The notes under the pieces were generated by a model. That model saw only the letters and a program-made list of their open reading frames with translations, did not search any database and was not told the origin of the DNA. A stretch of 64,000 nt of DNA from Escherichia coli (GTDB lineage Bacteria > Pseudomonadota > Gammaproteobacteria > Enterobacterales > Enterobacteriaceae): assembly GCF_002854065.1 (NCBI RefSeq), contig NZ_CP024147.1. The stretch is one strand, 5' to 3'. Of this stretch, positions 23,966 through 36,618 are shown piece by piece. The position numbers and the translations under genes are program-made. Position 1 is the stretch's first letter. Every line of letters begins with the position of its first letter.

Positions 23966-25032
23966 ACTCGTTGTCCTGTTTCACCATCAAAAAGATGCAG
24001 CTGATTTTCCGCCAGATGCAGCCACAGCGTGCTGCCTGCCGTCGGGCGCTCCTGATGCGCCAGTCGCACCACCAGCTTCTGTTCGCCCCAGCGTCCGTGC
24101 GCCAGGTTATCTGCGCCGAGGATCTCCAGCGTGTCCATCACCAGCGGTACGCCGCCTTCTGCCTGCGAGCTTAGCGCAATATGTTCCGGGCGAATGCCGA
24201 GAGTCATTTTACGCCCGGCATACTGACGGTAGCCACCGTTTAGCGGTAGCACGATACCGCCGTCCAGTTCAAAATGCGTGCCTTCATTATTCACGCGGCC
24301 TGTCAGCAGATTCATCGCCGGACTGCCAATAAAACTCGCCACAAACAGGCTGGCGGGCTTTTCGTAGACTTCAACTGGCGTGCCAATCTGTTCGGCAACG
24401 CCGCCGTTCATCACCATTACTCGCTGGGCGAGCGTCATCGCCTCAACCTGATCGTGAGTAACGTAGAGTGATGTCGTTTTCAGGCGACGGTGCAGCTGTT
24501 GCAGTTCAAGACGCATCTGTACGCGCAGCTTGGCATCGAGGTTAGAGAGTGGCTCATCAAACAGGAACACCGCCGGATCGCGCACAATCGCGCGGCCCAT
24601 CGCCACACGCTGACGCTGACCGCCGGAAAGCTCGCGCGGGCGGCGCTTAAGCAGACCGTCCAGTTCCAGAATGCGCGCCGCCTCTTTAACGCGCTCGGCA
24701 ATTTGCTGCTTGCCCATGCCGCGAATTTTCAGCCCCCACGCCATGTTTTCTTCAACACTCATATGCGGATAAAGCGCGTAGTTCTGGAACACCATCGCAA
24801 TCCCGCGATCTTTCGGCTCCATTTCGGTCACCCGCTGGTCGTTGATCCAGATATCGCCTTCCGTCACCCGCTCCAGCCCGGCAACCATGCGCAGCAGCGT
24901 CGATTTCCCGCAGCCTGACGGCCCGACCATCACGATAAATTCGCCATCCGCCACATCAAGGGTCAGCGGTTTAATCACCTGGGTTTTGCCATCCCAGCTT
25001 TTGGTTACTGCCTGTAATTTCAGTCCTGCCAT
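23962..25032 (-). CDS. ugpC: sn-glycerol-3-phosphate ABC transporter ATPase
   Basis: ORF 23962..25071; ATG at 25030-25032 gives [13 protein letters not shown]; Walker [10 protein letters not shown], signature LSGGQRQR. Confidence 0.94.
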   Translation of the reverse strand: MAGLKLQAVTKSWDGKTQVIKPLTLDVADGEFIVMVGPSGCGKSTLLRMVAGLERVTEGDIWINDQRVTEMEPKDRGIAMVFQNYALYPHMSVEENMAWGLKIRGMGKQQIAERVKEAARILELDGLLKRRPRELSGGQRQRVAMGRAIVRDPAVFLFDEPLSNLDAKLRVQMRLELQQLHRRLKTTSLYVTHDQVEAMTLAQRVMVMNGGVAEQIGTPVEVYEKPASLFVASFIGSPAMNLLTGRVNNEGTHFELDGGIVLPLNGGYRQYAGRKMTLGIRPEHIALSSQAEGGVPLVMDTLEILGADNLAHGRWGEQKLVVRLAHQERPTAGSTLWLHLAENQLHLFDGETGQRV

Positions 25033-25033
25033 C

Positions 25034-25879
25034 TTATTTCTCACTATCGACCAGGCCGCGCACGAAGGCACGCTGCATCACTAAAACAATCACTACTGGT
25101 GGGATCAGGGTTAACAACATCGCCGCCATCACTGAGTTCCATTCTGTGGTGCCTTCGCCAGTGGCGATCATCCCTTTGATCCCTGCCACGGTGGTGCCGA
25201 GATCCACGTCGGTAATAATCAACAACGGCCACAAATACTGGTTCCAGCCGTAAATAAAGGTGATCACAAACAACGCCGCCAGATTAGTTTTGGACAACGG
25301 AAAAACGATGTCGCAAAAGAAGCGCATTGGCGATGCGCCGTCGATCCGCGCGGCTTCCACCAGTTCATCCGGTAGGGTCATAAAGAACTGGCGGAAAAGA
25401 AACGTCGCGGTCGCCGAGGCCATCAGCGGCAGCGTTAAACCTGCGTAGCTGTCGAGCATCTTCAGGTTGGCGATGACTTCCACCGTCGGGAAGATACGTA
25501 CTTCAACCGGCAACATCAGGGTGATAAAAATCATCCAGAAAAAGAGGTTACGCAGCGGAAAACGAAACCAGACAATGGCGAATGCCGAGAGCATCGAGAC
25601 GGTAATTTTGCCGAGCGTAATGCTGAACGCCATCACGAAGCTGTTAAGCAACATCCGCCAGAACGGCGCACTATTTGTGCCTACCCCGTTTACCCAGATG
25701 TTGTGGATGTTTTCCAGCAGATGCGTGCCGGGGATGAGCGTCATCGGCGCGGCGTAGATGGCCTGTTTATCCAGCGTCGCCGCGACAAACGCCACGTACA
25801 GCGGGAATAGGATCACCGCGATCCCGAGGATCAGCATGGTATGGCTGAATATCGTCAGCCACGGACGGTTCTCAATCAT
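25034..25879 (-). CDS. ugpE: sn-glycerol-3-phosphate ABC transporter permease
   Basis: 281-aa polytopic [22 protein letters not shown]... Confidence 0.94.
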   Translation of the reverse strand: MIENRPWLTIFSHTMLILGIAVILFPLYVAFVAATLDKQAIYAAPMTLIPGTHLLENIHNIWVNGVGTNSAPFWRMLLNSFVMAFSITLGKITVSMLSAFAIVWFRFPLRNLFFWMIFITLMLPVEVRIFPTVEVIANLKMLDSYAGLTLPLMASATATFLFRQFFMTLPDELVEAARIDGASPMRFFCDIVFPLSKTNLAALFVITFIYGWNQYLWPLLIITDVDLGTTVAGIKGMIATGEGTTEWNSVMAAMLLTLIPPVVIVLVMQRAFVRGLVDSEK

Positions 25880-26763
25880 TGGTAACGCACCTTGCTTTCA
25901 ACATAGCGGAACTGCACCACCGTCAGCACGATGACGAGGAACATCAACACCACCGACTGTGCGGCAGACGAAGCCAGATCCAGTCCGGTAAAGCCTTCAC
26001 GGTAGATCTTATAAATCAGCGTCGTGGTGGCCTGCACCGGCCCACCGGACGTGGCGGCGTCGATCACCGGGAAGGTGTCGAAGAAGGCATACACCAGGTT
26101 CACTACCAGCAGGAAGAAACTCACCGGAGCGATAAGCGGTAGCGCAATCTTAAAGAAGCGGCGAATCGGGCCTGCGCCATCAATGGCTGCGGCTTCAATC
26201 AACGAACGGGGAATGGATTGCAGCGCGGCATAGAAGAACAGAAAGTTGTAGCTGATTTGCTTCCACACCGAGGCAAACACCACCAGAAACATCGCCTGAC
26301 CGCTGTTTTGCGCGTGGTTCCAGTCGTAGCCGAACTCGGCGAGAAAATGAGTGATCAGCCCGCGACCGGGGTTAAACAAAAATATCCACAATACGGCGGC
26401 AACGGCGGGAGCCACGGCATACGGCAGCAGCATCAAGGTTTGATAGAAACGACTGCCGCGCACGATGTACTCCACCAGCGCCGCAAAGAACAGCGATACC
26501 AGCAAACCGCTGACGGTGACAAAGGTGCTGAATTTTATCGTCGTCCAGAAGGAGTCGATATAGTAGCTGTCATGAAACAGCGCGACGAAGTTATCCAGGC
26601 CGACAAACTGGCTAGAGAAACCAAACGGATCGACGCTTTGTAGCGAGTACCACAACGCTTCGCCCGCAGGCCAGATAAAAAAGATAACGGTGATGATGAG
26701 CTGCGGCGCGACCAGCAAATAAGGCAACCAGCGCGAGCGGAACACCGGACGGGATGATGACAT
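25876..26763 (-). CDS. ugpA: sn-glycerol-3-phosphate ABC transporter permease
   Basis: 295-aa polytopic [25 protein letters not shown]... Confidence 0.94.
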   Translation of the reverse strand: MSSSRPVFRSRWLPYLLVAPQLIITVIFFIWPAGEALWYSLQSVDPFGFSSQFVGLDNFVALFHDSYYIDSFWTTIKFSTFVTVSGLLVSLFFAALVEYIVRGSRFYQTLMLLPYAVAPAVAAVLWIFLFNPGRGLITHFLAEFGYDWNHAQNSGQAMFLVVFASVWKQISYNFLFFYAALQSIPRSLIEAAAIDGAGPIRRFFKIALPLIAPVSFFLLVVNLVYAFFDTFPVIDAATSGGPVQATTTLIYKIYREGFTGLDLASSAAQSVVLMFLVIVLTVVQFRYVESKVRYQ

Positions 26764-26783
26764 TACGGTTAATTCCTGAACTG

Positions 26784-26851
26784 TGCCGGATGCGCTTCGC
26801 TTATCCGGCCTACACGCGATGCCAGGTCAGATAAGCGAAACGCATCCGACA
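26784..26851. repeat. REP/BIME-type palindromic repeats in the ugpB-ugpA intercistronic spacer
   Basis: tgccggatgcgcttcgcttatccggcctacac followed by gtcagataagcgaaacgcatccgaca. Confidence 0.6.
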
Positions 26852-26860
26852 TTACACTGA

Positions 26861-28177
26861 TTAAGACTTCGTCGATTTCTCAAAGCGGCGCAGTAACTGG
26901 TTCCCACGCTCAACGGCGGTATCCAGTGCCTGCTGCGGTGTCTTCTTACCGGTCCACACGCTCTCCAGCTCTTCATCCACAATCACGCGGATCTGCGGCA
27001 TGTTGCCCAGACGCAGCCCTTTGGTGAACGGCAATGGCGGCTTGTTCAGCATCTGACGCGTCGCGGTATCCGCCCCTGGGTTTTTCTCATAAAAGCCCTG
27101 CTCACGAGTCAAGTCATACGCCGCTTTGGTGATTGGCAGATAACCAGTTTTCTGATGCCACTCGGCAGCATTTTCTGGCTTAGCGAGGAAGTCGAGGAAC
27201 TTCGCCACGCCGGTATAAGTTTCTTTATCTTTGCCCTGCATCACCCACAGGCTGGCCCCGCCGATAATGGCGTTTTGCGGTGCATCTTTCGCATCGGCGT
27301 CGTAAGGCATCATGCCTACGCCATAGTTGAATTTGGCGTACTCGCGAATATTAGCGAGAGAACCGGAAGAGGCGGTGGTCATCGCGCAATCACCGTTATA
27401 GAACTTCTCGGTGGATTCATCCTTACGCCCGACGTAGCTGAAATCGCCCTTCTTGTTCATCTCTTCGAGCATGGCGATGTGTTTCACCTGCTCCGGCTTG
27501 TTGAACTCCAGCACCGCATCCGTGCCGTCAAAGCCGTTGTTTTTGCTGGCAAACGGCAGACCGTTCCAGGCGCTAAAGTTTTCCAGTTGGATCCAGCCCT
27601 GCCAGCCGCTGGCGTAGCCGCACTTCATTCCGGAGGCTTTCAGTTTTGCAGAATAGTCCGCCAGATCCTGCCAGGTTTTCGGCGGCTGTTCCGGGTCTAA
27701 TCCTGCTTTCTTGAAGGCGTCTTTGTTGTAATAGAGAACGGGGGTCGAGCTGTTGAATGGCTGGGAGAGTAAGTGGCCGGTTTTGCTGTCGGAGTAGTAA
27801 CCGGAAACCGTCGGCACAAACTGCGACTCATCGAATTGAATCCCCGCCTCTTTAAACACGTCATATACCGGTTTAATGGCTTTCGACGCCATCATGGTGG
27901 CGGTGCCAACTTCATAAACCTGCAAAATAGCCGGAGCGTTGCCGGTACGAAATGCGGCAATCCCCGCGCTTAAATTCTGTTCGTAGTTGCCTTTATAGGT
28001 CGGTACAATTTTGTAATCCGGGTTTTCGGCGTTAAAACGTTGGGCCAGAGAATCCACCTCTTTACCCAGTTCCCCTTCCATAGAATGCCAGAACGGAATG
28101 GTCGTCACTGCCTGTGCATTCCCCATTAACGCCAGTCCGAGCGCCAGTGCTGAAGCTGTATAATGTAACGGTTTCAT
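26861..28177 (-). CDS. ugpB: sn-glycerol-3-phosphate periplasmic binding protein
   Basis: 438-aa [26 protein letters not shown] (signal peptide). Confidence 0.95.
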   Translation of the reverse strand: MKPLHYTASALALGLALMGNAQAVTTIPFWHSMEGELGKEVDSLAQRFNAENPDYKIVPTYKGNYEQNLSAGIAAFRTGNAPAILQVYEVGTATMMASKAIKPVYDVFKEAGIQFDESQFVPTVSGYYSDSKTGHLLSQPFNSSTPVLYYNKDAFKKAGLDPEQPPKTWQDLADYSAKLKASGMKCGYASGWQGWIQLENFSAWNGLPFASKNNGFDGTDAVLEFNKPEQVKHIAMLEEMNKKGDFSYVGRKDESTEKFYNGDCAMTTASSGSLANIREYAKFNYGVGMMPYDADAKDAPQNAIIGGASLWVMQGKDKETYTGVAKFLDFLAKPENAAEWHQKTGYLPITKAAYDLTREQGFYEKNPGADTATRQMLNKPPLPFTKGLRLGNMPQIRVIVDEELESVWTGKKTPQQALDTAVERGNQLLRRFEKSTKS

Positions 28178-28294
28178 CGTTTATCTCTCTTGTTGTACCG
28201 AATGCGCGAATTCACGCGTTTTATGCTCGCGGGGTAACATGACATGCTCGAATTACAGAAAAATAACTTTTTTGTTACATTTGTAAGATAGTAA

Positions 28295-28314
28295 GGTGTC
28301 AGAAAGATGACAAG
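28295..28314 (-). promoter_or_regulatory. Pho box (PhoB site) in the ugpB promoter
   Basis: Minus-strand cttgtcatctttctgacacc (CTGTCAT-N4-CTGTCAC-like direct repeats) about 120 nt upstream of ugpB. Confidence 0.5.
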
Positions 28315-28435
28315 GCGGTGACGGTACGGGTGAGGGAAAATGGGAGATGGGGCACGGATATCCCGAGAATGCACTGAAAAGAGGCGATTAACGGCCAGCT
28401 AATCGCCAGAACTCCTTACCATGAAGAGCAAAAAT

Positions 28436-28466
28436 GGCAGCAAATTCTGCGTCCAGTTTTGCTGCC
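28436..28466 (-). terminator. hairpin plus T-run downstream of ORF 28537..29283 / liv operon
   Basis: Arms ggcagcaaa (28436-28444) and tttgctgcc (28458-28466); minus strand continues atttttgctctt. Confidence 0.45.
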
Positions 28467-28536
28467 CGATGAGAGCTACATTTTTCAATTTTAACAAAAG
28501 ATTGCCGCGACACTGGTCTAACGGCAAAGAAGATTT

Positions 28537-29283
28537 TCATTGCACCACACTCTGCTTCAACCGTTCATTGGCGGTCTTAATCCATTCCCGGTGGTGTTTT
28601 CTATAATGAGGTCTTGAGCGTTTAGCCGTATCAACTACAGCAACATACTGCTCGTTGGCTTCACGTAACCGACTCATTTTCGCCAACATTTCCGCATAGT
28701 AAATACGCGCCTGCGGGCCGGGGTAATAAGAAATCAATACTTCAAACTCGCTTTCCGCATCAGCGTATTTTTCTTGTGCGGCTAACGTTCTGGCAAATAA
28801 CAAATGCCCGTCTGCCGACTGAAAATCAGGGTTATAACGCATCACATCTTCCAGCGTCTGCTGACAGGCGGCGAACTCCTGAATAGCAAACTGTGCCTGC
28901 GCCAGGCTTAGCATCATTGCCGCTTCATGGGCGAATATCCCGCTTAACGCCTGCTGATAATGGGGAACGGCTTCGTGGTAACGCTCCAGACGCGCCAGCT
29001 CGTTGGCAAGTTGATAGTGGTTTTGATTGGTCTCGGCAATCGCCAGCTCTTCGGTTAATTTGCGCAGGTGACGTTCCGGATTGATTTTGTCCTGCAGGCG
29101 CATCAGAAAGGTACGCCCGTGACGGTCAGCGCCCGTTTCTGGCAGCATCACCATGACAAAATACGCCACGCAACCAATCACCGGAAAACAGAAGATGATA
29201 AAAAACCAATATCGCTCTTGTCCGGTACGGTAAGCGTGGATACAGCAAAGCATTTCAAGCATGGCGACAACGGCATAATGCAT
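28537..29283 (-). CDS. hypothetical membrane-anchored protein (PLDc_N-like hydrophobic N-terminus plus TPR-like helical repeats)
   Basis: 248-aa ORF; N-terminus HAYRTGQERYWFFIIFCFPVIGCVAYFVMVML resembles the N-terminal anchor of phospholipase-D-like proteins; C-terminal helical repeats (YHEAVPHYQQAL...); no K-12 gene recalled. Confidence 0.6.
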   Translation of the reverse strand: MHYAVVAMLEMLCCIHAYRTGQERYWFFIIFCFPVIGCVAYFVMVMLPETGADRHGRTFLMRLQDKINPERHLRKLTEELAIAETNQNHYQLANELARLERYHEAVPHYQQALSGIFAHEAAMMLSLAQAQFAIQEFAACQQTLEDVMRYNPDFQSADGHLLFARTLAAQEKYADAESEFEVLISYYPGPQARIYYAEMLAKMSRLREANEQYVAVVDTAKRSRPHYRKHHREWIKTANERLKQSVVQ

Positions 29284-29401
29284 GGGAGGGAACCTTTCCG
29301 TGGCAAATAAGTGGTCTGGTTTTAATCCTCCCGGTCAGTTGAAACAAGTCTGTATACGGACGAATAACCCGGCAGAACTTAGCTGCCGGGTTATTGATAA
29401 T

Positions 29402-30115
29402 TTACCCGCCTAAATACGCACTTCTCACCGCTTCATTCGCTAGTAGCGCATCACCAGTATCGGAGAGCACTACATGGCCGTTTTCCAGCACGTAGCCGCG
29501 ATCAGCGAGCTTTAGCGCCTGGTTGGCGTTCTGCTCGACGAGGAAGATAGTCATCCCCTGCTCGCGCAGCTGCTCGATGGTGTCGAAAATTTGCTGGATG
29601 ATAATCGGCGCAAGACCGAGCGATGGCTCATCAAGCAACAACAAACGCGGGTTGCTCATCAGCGCGCGACCAATCGCCAGCATCTGCTGTTCACCGCCGG
29701 ACATGGTGCCTGCCCGCTGAACACGGCGCTCATGCAGACGCGGGAACAGTTCATACACCCACTTTATGCGCTCCTGGAACTGGTCGCGTTCGGCAAAGAA
29801 GCCGCCCATCGCCAGGTTCTCTTCCACCGTCATCCGCGAGAAGACGCGACGCCCTTCCGGGACAATCGCTACCGCTTCGCGCATGATTTTCGCCGTCTGC
29901 CAGTCGGTAATGTCTTTATCATCAAACACAATTCGCCCGCTGGTGGCGCGTGGATCGCCGCATAATGTGCCAAGCAAGGTGGTTTTCCCCGCCCCGTTTG
30001 CGCCAATGAGGGTGACAATCTCGCCCTGATTGATATGCAGGCTCACCTCATGCAGCGCCTGGATTTTGCCGTAGTGGGCGCTGACTTTGTCAAAGGACAA
30101 CATGACTTTTTCCAT
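29402..30115 (-). CDS. livF: branched-chain amino acid ABC transporter ATPase
   Basis: ORF 29402..30127; ATG at 30113-30115 gives MEKVMLSFDKVSAHYG; Walker A GANGAGKTT. Confidence 0.94.
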   Translation of the reverse strand: MEKVMLSFDKVSAHYGKIQALHEVSLHINQGEIVTLIGANGAGKTTLLGTLCGDPRATSGRIVFDDKDITDWQTAKIMREAVAIVPEGRRVFSRMTVEENLAMGGFFAERDQFQERIKWVYELFPRLHERRVQRAGTMSGGEQQMLAIGRALMSNPRLLLLDEPSLGLAPIIIQQIFDTIEQLREQGMTIFLVEQNANQALKLADRGYVLENGHVVLSDTGDALLANEAVRSAYLGG

Positions 30116-30116
30116 C

Positions 30117-30884
30117 TTATGCCTCACCTAAATAGGCACGGATCACGTCCGGGTTATTACGGATTTGCTCCGGCGTACCGTTTGCCAGCGGCGTCCCCTG
30201 ATTGACCACGTAAATTCGGTCCGAAATTCCCATCACCAGCTTCATATCGTGTTCAATCAACAAGATAGTGGTGTTGTGATGGTTACGCAGTTCGGCAATC
30301 AGCTCATCCAGCTCTTTGGTTTCTTTTGGGTTAAGACCTGCTGCCGGTTCGTCGAGCATTAAAATCTCCGGCTGCGTCACCATGCAGCGGGCAATCTCCA
30401 GACGGCGCTGGTCACCATAGGCCAGGTTACTCGCCTGACGGTTGGCGTGTTCCAGCAAACCAATACGCTCAAGCCAGGTGGCGGCGCGGTCGAGCGCTTC
30501 GCTCTGGGTGCGACGGAAAGACGGCGTTTTCAACAGGCCTGAGAACAGCCCGGTTTTCAGTTGCTGATGCTGCGCCACCAGCAGGTTTTCAATTACCGTC
30601 ATTTCACGGAACAGACGCACATGCTGGAAGGTACGCACCACGCCCATGCGGGCAATTTGCTGCCCCGGTAAACCTTCCAGATGCTGATCGCGCAGTAAAA
30701 TGGTGCCTCCTGTGGGTTTGTAGAATCCGGTCAGGCAGTTAAAGACCGTGGTTTTTCCGGCACCGTTAGGACCGATTAACGAGACGATCTCCTGCGGGTA
30801 CAATTCAAGATTGACGTTATTCACAGCCAGCAGGCCGCCGAAGCGCATCATCAGGCCGTTAACAGATAATAATGGCTGACTCAT
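30117..30884 (-). CDS. livG: branched-chain amino acid ABC transporter ATPase
   Basis: 255-aa [20 protein letters not shown]...; Walker [10 protein letters not shown]. Confidence 0.95.
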   Translation of the reverse strand: MSQPLLSVNGLMMRFGGLLAVNNVNLELYPQEIVSLIGPNGAGKTTVFNCLTGFYKPTGGTILLRDQHLEGLPGQQIARMGVVRTFQHVRLFREMTVIENLLVAQHQQLKTGLFSGLLKTPSFRRTQSEALDRAATWLERIGLLEHANRQASNLAYGDQRRLEIARCMVTQPEILMLDEPAAGLNPKETKELDELIAELRNHHNTTILLIEHDMKLVMGISDRIYVVNQGTPLANGTPEQIRNNPDVIRAYLGEA

Positions 30885-32158
30885 GCCTGCTCTCCTTTCG
30901 CTGCGCCGTTTTTCAGCTTCAGTTGCGGGCGCGTCATGGGCAGCAAGCCCTGCGGACGCCAGATCATCATCAGCACCATCAAACCACCGAGCATTAACAT
31001 GCTGTATTCGTTGAAATCACGCATCAACTCGCGCGACACCACCAGCAAAATTGCCGCCAGAATTACCGCAAATTGCGAGCCCATACCGCCGAGCACCACT
31101 ATCGCCAGCACAAACGCCGATTCGGCAAAGGTGAAGGATTCCGGGCTGACAAAGCCCTGACGCGCAGCAAACAGCGTTCCGGCAAAACCGGCAAACGCGG
31201 CGCTGATGGTAAAGGCAGTCAGCTTGATACGACGCGGGCTTAAGCCCAGCGAACGGCAGGCGATTTCATCTTCACGCAACGCTTCCCACGCACGCCCCAG
31301 CGGCATCCGCAGCAGGCGGTTAATGACAAACAGGCTTAGCACCACCAGCAGCAACGCCACCAGGTAGAGGAAGATGACACGATCGGAGGGATCGTATTTC
31401 AGGCCAAAGAAATTACTGAACGTGTCCCAGCCGCCTTCACGAGCGGTACGGCTGAACTCGAGTCCGAAGAGTGTCGGTTTCGGGATCTGACTGATACCGT
31501 TCGGGCCGCCGGTAATTCCGGTGTTATTGAGCAGCAATATGCGCACAATTTCGCCGAAACCGAGGGTAACGATCGCCAGATAGTCGCCGCGCAGGCGCAG
31601 CACCGGAAAACCGAGCAGGAAGCCCGCCGCCGCTGCCATTAACCCGGCAATCGGCAGACAGGTCCAGAAGCCCAGGCCGTAATAGTGATTGAGCAGCGCA
31701 AAGGTGTAAGCGCCGATGGCGTAAAAGCCGCCGTAACCCAGCACCAGCAGGCCAGAAAGCCCTACCACCACGTTCAGCCCGAGACCAAGGATAATGTAGA
31801 TCATGGTCAAGGTGGCGATATCCACCGTCCCGCGTGAAACCATAAACGGCCACGCCACCGCAAGCACCAGCAGCGCCACGAGAAACAGCTTTTGCCTCAC
31901 CGTGGAGCCATCAATGGCGGGCAGAATAAACTTCGGTCCGGAAACGCTTTTCAACCCTTTCTGGAAAGCCGGTCGCAAAAGCTGGAAGAAAAAGACCACC
32001 GCCGTGCCGATAAACACCCACTGCCAACGGATGTCTGAAGCCGTGTCGACCACCAGTTTGGTGCCATCCAGCTCCAGTTGTACGCCCATAAAGACGCCCG
32101 CCAGGACAAAAAACATCGCGGCAGAGAACAACGCCATTGCAATATGCATCGGTTTCAT
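30881..32158 (-). CDS. livM: branched-chain amino acid ABC transporter permease
   Basis: 425-aa polytopic ORF. Confidence 0.94.
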   Translation of the reverse strand: MKPMHIAMALFSAAMFFVLAGVFMGVQLELDGTKLVVDTASDIRWQWVFIGTAVVFFFQLLRPAFQKGLKSVSGPKFILPAIDGSTVRQKLFLVALLVLAVAWPFMVSRGTVDIATLTMIYIILGLGLNVVVGLSGLLVLGYGGFYAIGAYTFALLNHYYGLGFWTCLPIAGLMAAAAGFLLGFPVLRLRGDYLAIVTLGFGEIVRILLLNNTGITGGPNGISQIPKPTLFGLEFSRTAREGGWDTFSNFFGLKYDPSDRVIFLYLVALLLVVLSLFVINRLLRMPLGRAWEALREDEIACRSLGLSPRRIKLTAFTISAAFAGFAGTLFAARQGFVSPESFTFAESAFVLAIVVLGGMGSQFAVILAAILLVVSRELMRDFNEYSMLMLGGLMVLMMIWRPQGLLPMTRPQLKLKNGAAKGEQA

Positions 32159-33081
32159 ACTTTCTCTACCTCCGGGCGACCCAGAATACCGGTAGGCATC
32201 ACCAGCAGCACCAGAATCAGCAGGGCGAATGAGACCACATCTTTATATTCCGTACTCAGATAGGCAGAAGAGAGCGCCTCCGCAATCCCCAGAATCAGCC
32301 CGCCAATCATCGCTCCCGGAATGCTGCCAATCCCACCGAGCACCGCCGCGGTAAAGGCTTTCATCCCGGCCATAAAGCCGATGTAGGGGTTAATTACGCC
32401 GTAGAACTGGCCGAGCAGTACGCCCGCCACCGCCGCCATCGCCGCACCAATCACAAAGGTCAGCGCAATCACCCGGTCGGTGTTAATGCCAAGCAGACTC
32501 GCCATTTTCAGATCTTCCGCACAGGCACGACACGCGCGCCCCATACGGGAATAACGAATGAAAATCGTCAGCGCCAGCATGGCGAGGAAAGTAACAATCC
32601 AGATCACCGCCTGCATGGTAGTAATAGAGGCAGAGAAGTTTTCGCTATGGCCCACCACCCACTGACCGTTAAACAGGCTCGGCAGCGCCACGTCGCGCGA
32701 ACCTTCGGTCAGGCTGACGTAGTTTTGCAGGAAGATGGACATACCGATTGCCGAGATGAGTGCAATCAGGCGCTTGGAGTTACGCACCGGGCGATAGGCC
32801 ACCCGTTCGATACTCCAGCCGTAGGCGCTGGCAATGACGATTGCGCCGACGAATCCCGCCGCCACCAGCAGCCAGCCGGTATCAATGCCCAGCATCATCA
32901 GCGCGGCGATGATCATAAAAGAGACGTAGCTGCCAATCATGTAAACCTCGCCGTGGGCGAAGTTGATCATGCCGATAATGCCGTAAACCATGGTGTAGCC
33001 GATGGCTATCAGCGCGTAGGTACTGCCCAGCGTGACGCCGTTAAACATCTGCTGCAAGAAATATAAAAACTGCTCAGACAT
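32155..33081 (-). CDS. livH: branched-chain amino acid ABC transporter permease
   Basis: 308-aa polytopic [22 protein letters not shown]... Confidence 0.95.
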   Translation of the reverse strand: MSEQFLYFLQQMFNGVTLGSTYALIAIGYTMVYGIIGMINFAHGEVYMIGSYVSFMIIAALMMLGIDTGWLLVAAGFVGAIVIASAYGWSIERVAYRPVRNSKRLIALISAIGMSIFLQNYVSLTEGSRDVALPSLFNGQWVVGHSENFSASITTMQAVIWIVTFLAMLALTIFIRYSRMGRACRACAEDLKMASLLGINTDRVIALTFVIGAAMAAVAGVLLGQFYGVINPYIGFMAGMKAFTAAVLGGIGSIPGAMIGGLILGIAEALSSAYLSTEYKDVVSFALLILVLLVMPTGILGRPEVEKV

Positions 33082-33128
33082 AAGGTAACCTTTCTAAACC
33101 CGCCCGCATTTCACGGGCGGTGGGATTT

Positions 33129-34238
33129 TCACTTGGCTGCCGTGGATGAACCGTCGGCGTGCCACTGGAAGACACCAAAATCAAATCCCTTAAGATCGCC
33201 TTTTTCATCCCAGTTCAGCGGCCCAATCACGGTGTTTGCACCGTTAGCTTTTAAATCTTTCACCAGCGCCAGCGGCTCATCGCTGCCGGTACGTTCAAGG
33301 GCAGTTGCCAGAGATTGCACCGCCGCGTAGGTGATCCAGACATAAGGCCCGGACGGATCTTTCTTGTCTGCTTTCAGCGCATCAACGATGCCCTGGTTTG
33401 CCGGATCCTGGTCATAGCGTTTTGGCATAGTGACCAACATGCCTTCGGCGGCATCACCGGCAATGTTCGACAACGACGCATTACCCACACCTTCCGGCCC
33501 CATAAACTGGGTTTTCAGGCCAACGGAACGGGCCTGGCGCAGCATCTGCCCCATTTCCGGGTAGTAACCGCCGTAGTAAACGAAGTCGATGTTTTCTTTT
33601 TTCAGGCGGGCGATCAGCGCGGAGAAATCTTTCTCCCCGGCGGTAATACCGTCGAAGAAGACGACGTTGGCGTTAGCCGCTTTCAGCCCGTTCTGCACCG
33701 AACGCGCCAGCCCTTCGCCATACTGTTGTTTGTCGTGAATGATGGCGATGCGCTGGGGCTTCACCGTCTCAAGAATGTATTTTGCCGCCGTTGGTCCCTG
33801 GGAAGAGTCCAGCCCGGCAGTACGCATAATGTGTTGATAACCGCGTTGGGTCAGCTCCGGGTTGGTCGCTCCCGGCGAGATCATCAGAATACCTTCGTCT
33901 TCATAGATATCTGACGCAGGCTGGGTAGAAGAAGAACACAGATGACCAATAACGTATTTAATGCCGTCATTAACGATTTTGTTGGCGACCGCAACGGCTT
34001 GTTTCGGGTCGCAGGCGTCGTCATATTCCACGCCAACCAGCTTATCGCCTTTAATTCCCCCTTTGGCATTAATGTCTTTAATCGCCTGACGCGCGCCGTT
34101 AAATTCCATATCGCCCCACTGGGCAATCGGGCCGGACATCGCGCCGACAACGGCAACTTTAATATCGTCGGCTAAAGCGGTGTGTGAAATTGCCAGTGCA
34201 ATCATCCCTGCGATGATAGTTTTCGCATTCCGTTTCAT
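33129..34238 (-). CDS. livK: leucine-specific periplasmic binding protein
   Basis: ORF 33129..34292; ATG at 34236-34238 gives [23 protein letters not shown] (signal peptide). Confidence 0.94.
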   Translation of the reverse strand: MKRNAKTIIAGMIALAISHTALADDIKVAVVGAMSGPIAQWGDMEFNGARQAIKDINAKGGIKGDKLVGVEYDDACDPKQAVAVANKIVNDGIKYVIGHLCSSSTQPASDIYEDEGILMISPGATNPELTQRGYQHIMRTAGLDSSQGPTAAKYILETVKPQRIAIIHDKQQYGEGLARSVQNGLKAANANVVFFDGITAGEKDFSALIARLKKENIDFVYYGGYYPEMGQMLRQARSVGLKTQFMGPEGVGNASLSNIAGDAAEGMLVTMPKRYDQDPANQGIVDALKADKKDPSGPYVWITYAAVQSLATALERTGSDEPLALVKDLKANGANTVIGPLNWDEKGDLKGFDFGVFQWHADGSSTAAK

Positions 34239-34661
34239 AGTCAAAAATCCCCATTCGTGATGTTGTGTTGCTTTGTTTTTATGTGTTAACAAATCAGACT
34301 GTTCTTTTTTTATACTGCACTGTTTTTGCCTGTCTGATTAAGGGTTTAGCGCAGTATTTTGTGATAATAGCGATTAAAGTCCCTATTTTTCAGTCGATTA
34401 AGAACAGATAATATTCTGAATTTATTGATAGATAAACAGAAAAAAGCGCCTTTGTCAGCATAAAATAACGGCACAAAGGGCGGAATAATTCACTACCATT
34501 CAGGGGATTATGCTGGGTATTTTTCATTCTCTAATGTTTTAACTTTGTAATTATTGCTGTTAAAAAATTAATCACCTGCCAAAAGAAATAAAAAAGAGAA
34601 AGCCTCCGATTAAATTATTTCGCTACACTGGTTCCACTTTTGTGATTTACACGGGTTCCCC

Positions 34662-35045
34662 ATGAAGCTGACCATCATTCGATTAGAAAACTTTAGCGAC
34701 CAGGACCGGATTGACCTGCAAAAGATCTGGCCGGAGTATTCCCCTTCCTCTTTACAGGTTGACGATAACCACCGTATCTACGCCGCGCGTTTTAACGAGC
34801 GCCTGCTCGCGGCCGTGCGGGTAACCTTAAGCTGCACGGAGGGCGCACTGGATTCCCTGCGCGTGCGGGAAGTCACCCGCCGTCGCGGTGTGGGGCAATA
34901 TCTGCTGGAAGAGGTTTTGCGTGATAATGCCAGCGTTTCATCCTGGTGGATGGCGGATGCAGGCGTGGAAGATCGCGGCGTGATGGCGGCGTTTATGCAG
35001 GCACTGGGATTTACGGCACAACAGGGCGGCTGGGAAAAGCGTTAA
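34662..35045 (+). CDS. panM: PanD maturation/regulatory factor (GNAT-like)
   Basis: 127-aa ORF MKLTIIRLENFSDQDRIDLQKIWPEY... Confidence 0.88.
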   Translation: MKLTIIRLENFSDQDRIDLQKIWPEYSPSSLQVDDNHRIYAARFNERLLAAVRVTLSCTEGALDSLRVREVTRRRGVGQYLLEEVLRDNASVSSWWMADAGVEDRGVMAAFMQALGFTAQQGGWEKR

Positions 35046-35085
35046 TCGTCAAGTTTGATTTCAAAAGTGATGACCAACGAGAAAT

Positions 35086-35188
<103 letters not shown>

Positions 35189-35244
35189 AAGCAACGTACT
35201 CGATATTAGCAATTTGGCGGCAACCCAAAGTTGCCGATTAATGA

Positions 35245-36348
35245 TTACTTCGCATCGGTCGCCGTGCCGTTGGCGTGCCAGTCAAACACACCGAACTCAA
35301 AGCCTTTCAGATCACCTTTCTCATCCCACGTCAGCGGACCCATCACGGTATCAACCGAGTTCGCTTTCAGGTATTTGGCGATCTCAGCCGGATCGTCAGA
35401 CTGATTCAGGCCCGCCTGCAAAGATTGCAGCGCGGCGTAGGTGGTCCAGACGAATGCGCCGCTTGGGTCCTGTTTTTTCGCTTTGATCGCATCAACAATG
35501 GGTTTGTTCGCCGGAACCTGATCGTAGTTCTTCGGCTTGGTCACCAGCAGCCCTTCCGCTGATTCGCCCGCAATGTTAGACAGCGAAACGTTAGCCACGC
35601 CTTCCGGCCCCATAAACTGAGTTTTCAGCCCTGCCGCGCGTGCCTGACGCAGGATTTGCCCCATTTCCGGGTGATAACCGCCGTAGTAAACGAAGTCGAT
35701 ATTCTCTTTTTTCAGACGCGCCACCAGCGTTGAGAAATCTTTTTCCCCGGCGGTGATACCATCAAAGAACACCACGTTAGCATTGCCTTTCTTCAGGCCG
35801 TCCTGCACCGCTCGCGCCAGACCTTCGCCGTATTGCTGTTTGTCGTGAACGATAGCAATACGCTGCGGTTTCACTTTCTCAAGAATATATTTCGCCGCCG
35901 TCGGCCCCTGGTCGGAGTCCAGGCCGGTAGTGCGCAGGATCAGCTGATAGCCACGGGCGGTCAGCTCCGGCGCGGTTGCCGCTGGGGTGATCATTAAAAT
36001 GCCTTCGTCTTCGTAGATGTCAGACGCAGGCTGCGTTGATGAAGAACAGAGGTGACCAATCACATATTTAATGCCGTCGTTAACGACTTTGTTCGCCACC
36101 GCAACCGCCTGTTTCGGGTCACAGGCATCGTCATATTTTACGATTTGCAGTTTGTTGCCTTTAATGCCGCCTTTAGCGTTGATATCCGCAACCGCCTGCT
36201 CTGCGCCGGTAAACTCCTGGTCACCGTACTGCGCAACCGGACCGGACATTGCGCCCACGACCGCGACTTTAATATCTTCTGCCAGAGCCATATTACTGAA
36301 TGCCAGCGCGATACATCCTGCCAGTAACGCTTTACCCTTTATGTTCAT
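35245..36348 (-). CDS. livJ: Leu/Ile/Val periplasmic binding protein
   Basis: ORF 35245..36405; ATG at 36346-36348 gives [23 protein letters not shown] (signal peptide). Confidence 0.94.
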   Translation of the reverse strand: MNIKGKALLAGCIALAFSNMALAEDIKVAVVGAMSGPVAQYGDQEFTGAEQAVADINAKGGIKGNKLQIVKYDDACDPKQAVAVANKVVNDGIKYVIGHLCSSSTQPASDIYEDEGILMITPAATAPELTARGYQLILRTTGLDSDQGPTAAKYILEKVKPQRIAIVHDKQQYGEGLARAVQDGLKKGNANVVFFDGITAGEKDFSTLVARLKKENIDFVYYGGYHPEMGQILRQARAAGLKTQFMGPEGVANVSLSNIAGESAEGLLVTKPKNYDQVPANKPIVDAIKAKKQDPSGAFVWTTYAALQSLQAGLNQSDDPAEIAKYLKANSVDTVMGPLTWDEKGDLKGFEFGVFDWHANGTATDAK

Positions 36349-36563
36349 CCTGAGAATCCCCATTCTTCTGGTTATTACGTGTGTTGTGATGTTGTTGTTC
36401 AGCACTTTATTTCGTTTTATGCATGACTACCCGTGCTTTAGCAGCATACTCTGCTAAAACATACCCGATTTTTATGATATTGGAATAGCTATTTTGACAG
36501 TTTATTAACAATCTGCGTGGGGATTGGCGTTTTGCCGGAGGGGAAATTGATTATTGTAGAGGC

Positions 36564-36598
36564 CCAAAAAACAAAAACCCCGGACTCGCATCCAGGGT
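36564..36598 (-). terminator. rpoH rho-independent terminator
   Basis: Minus-strand RNA CCCUGGA-UGCGAG-UCCGGGG (7-bp stem with one G-U pair) followed by UUUUUGUUUUUU. Confidence 0.6.
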
Positions 36599-36618
36599 TC
36601 TCTGCTTAATAGCGGAAA

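Noticed and set aside
33315-33914. 199-aa plus-strand ORF
   Set aside because: Antisense within livK.
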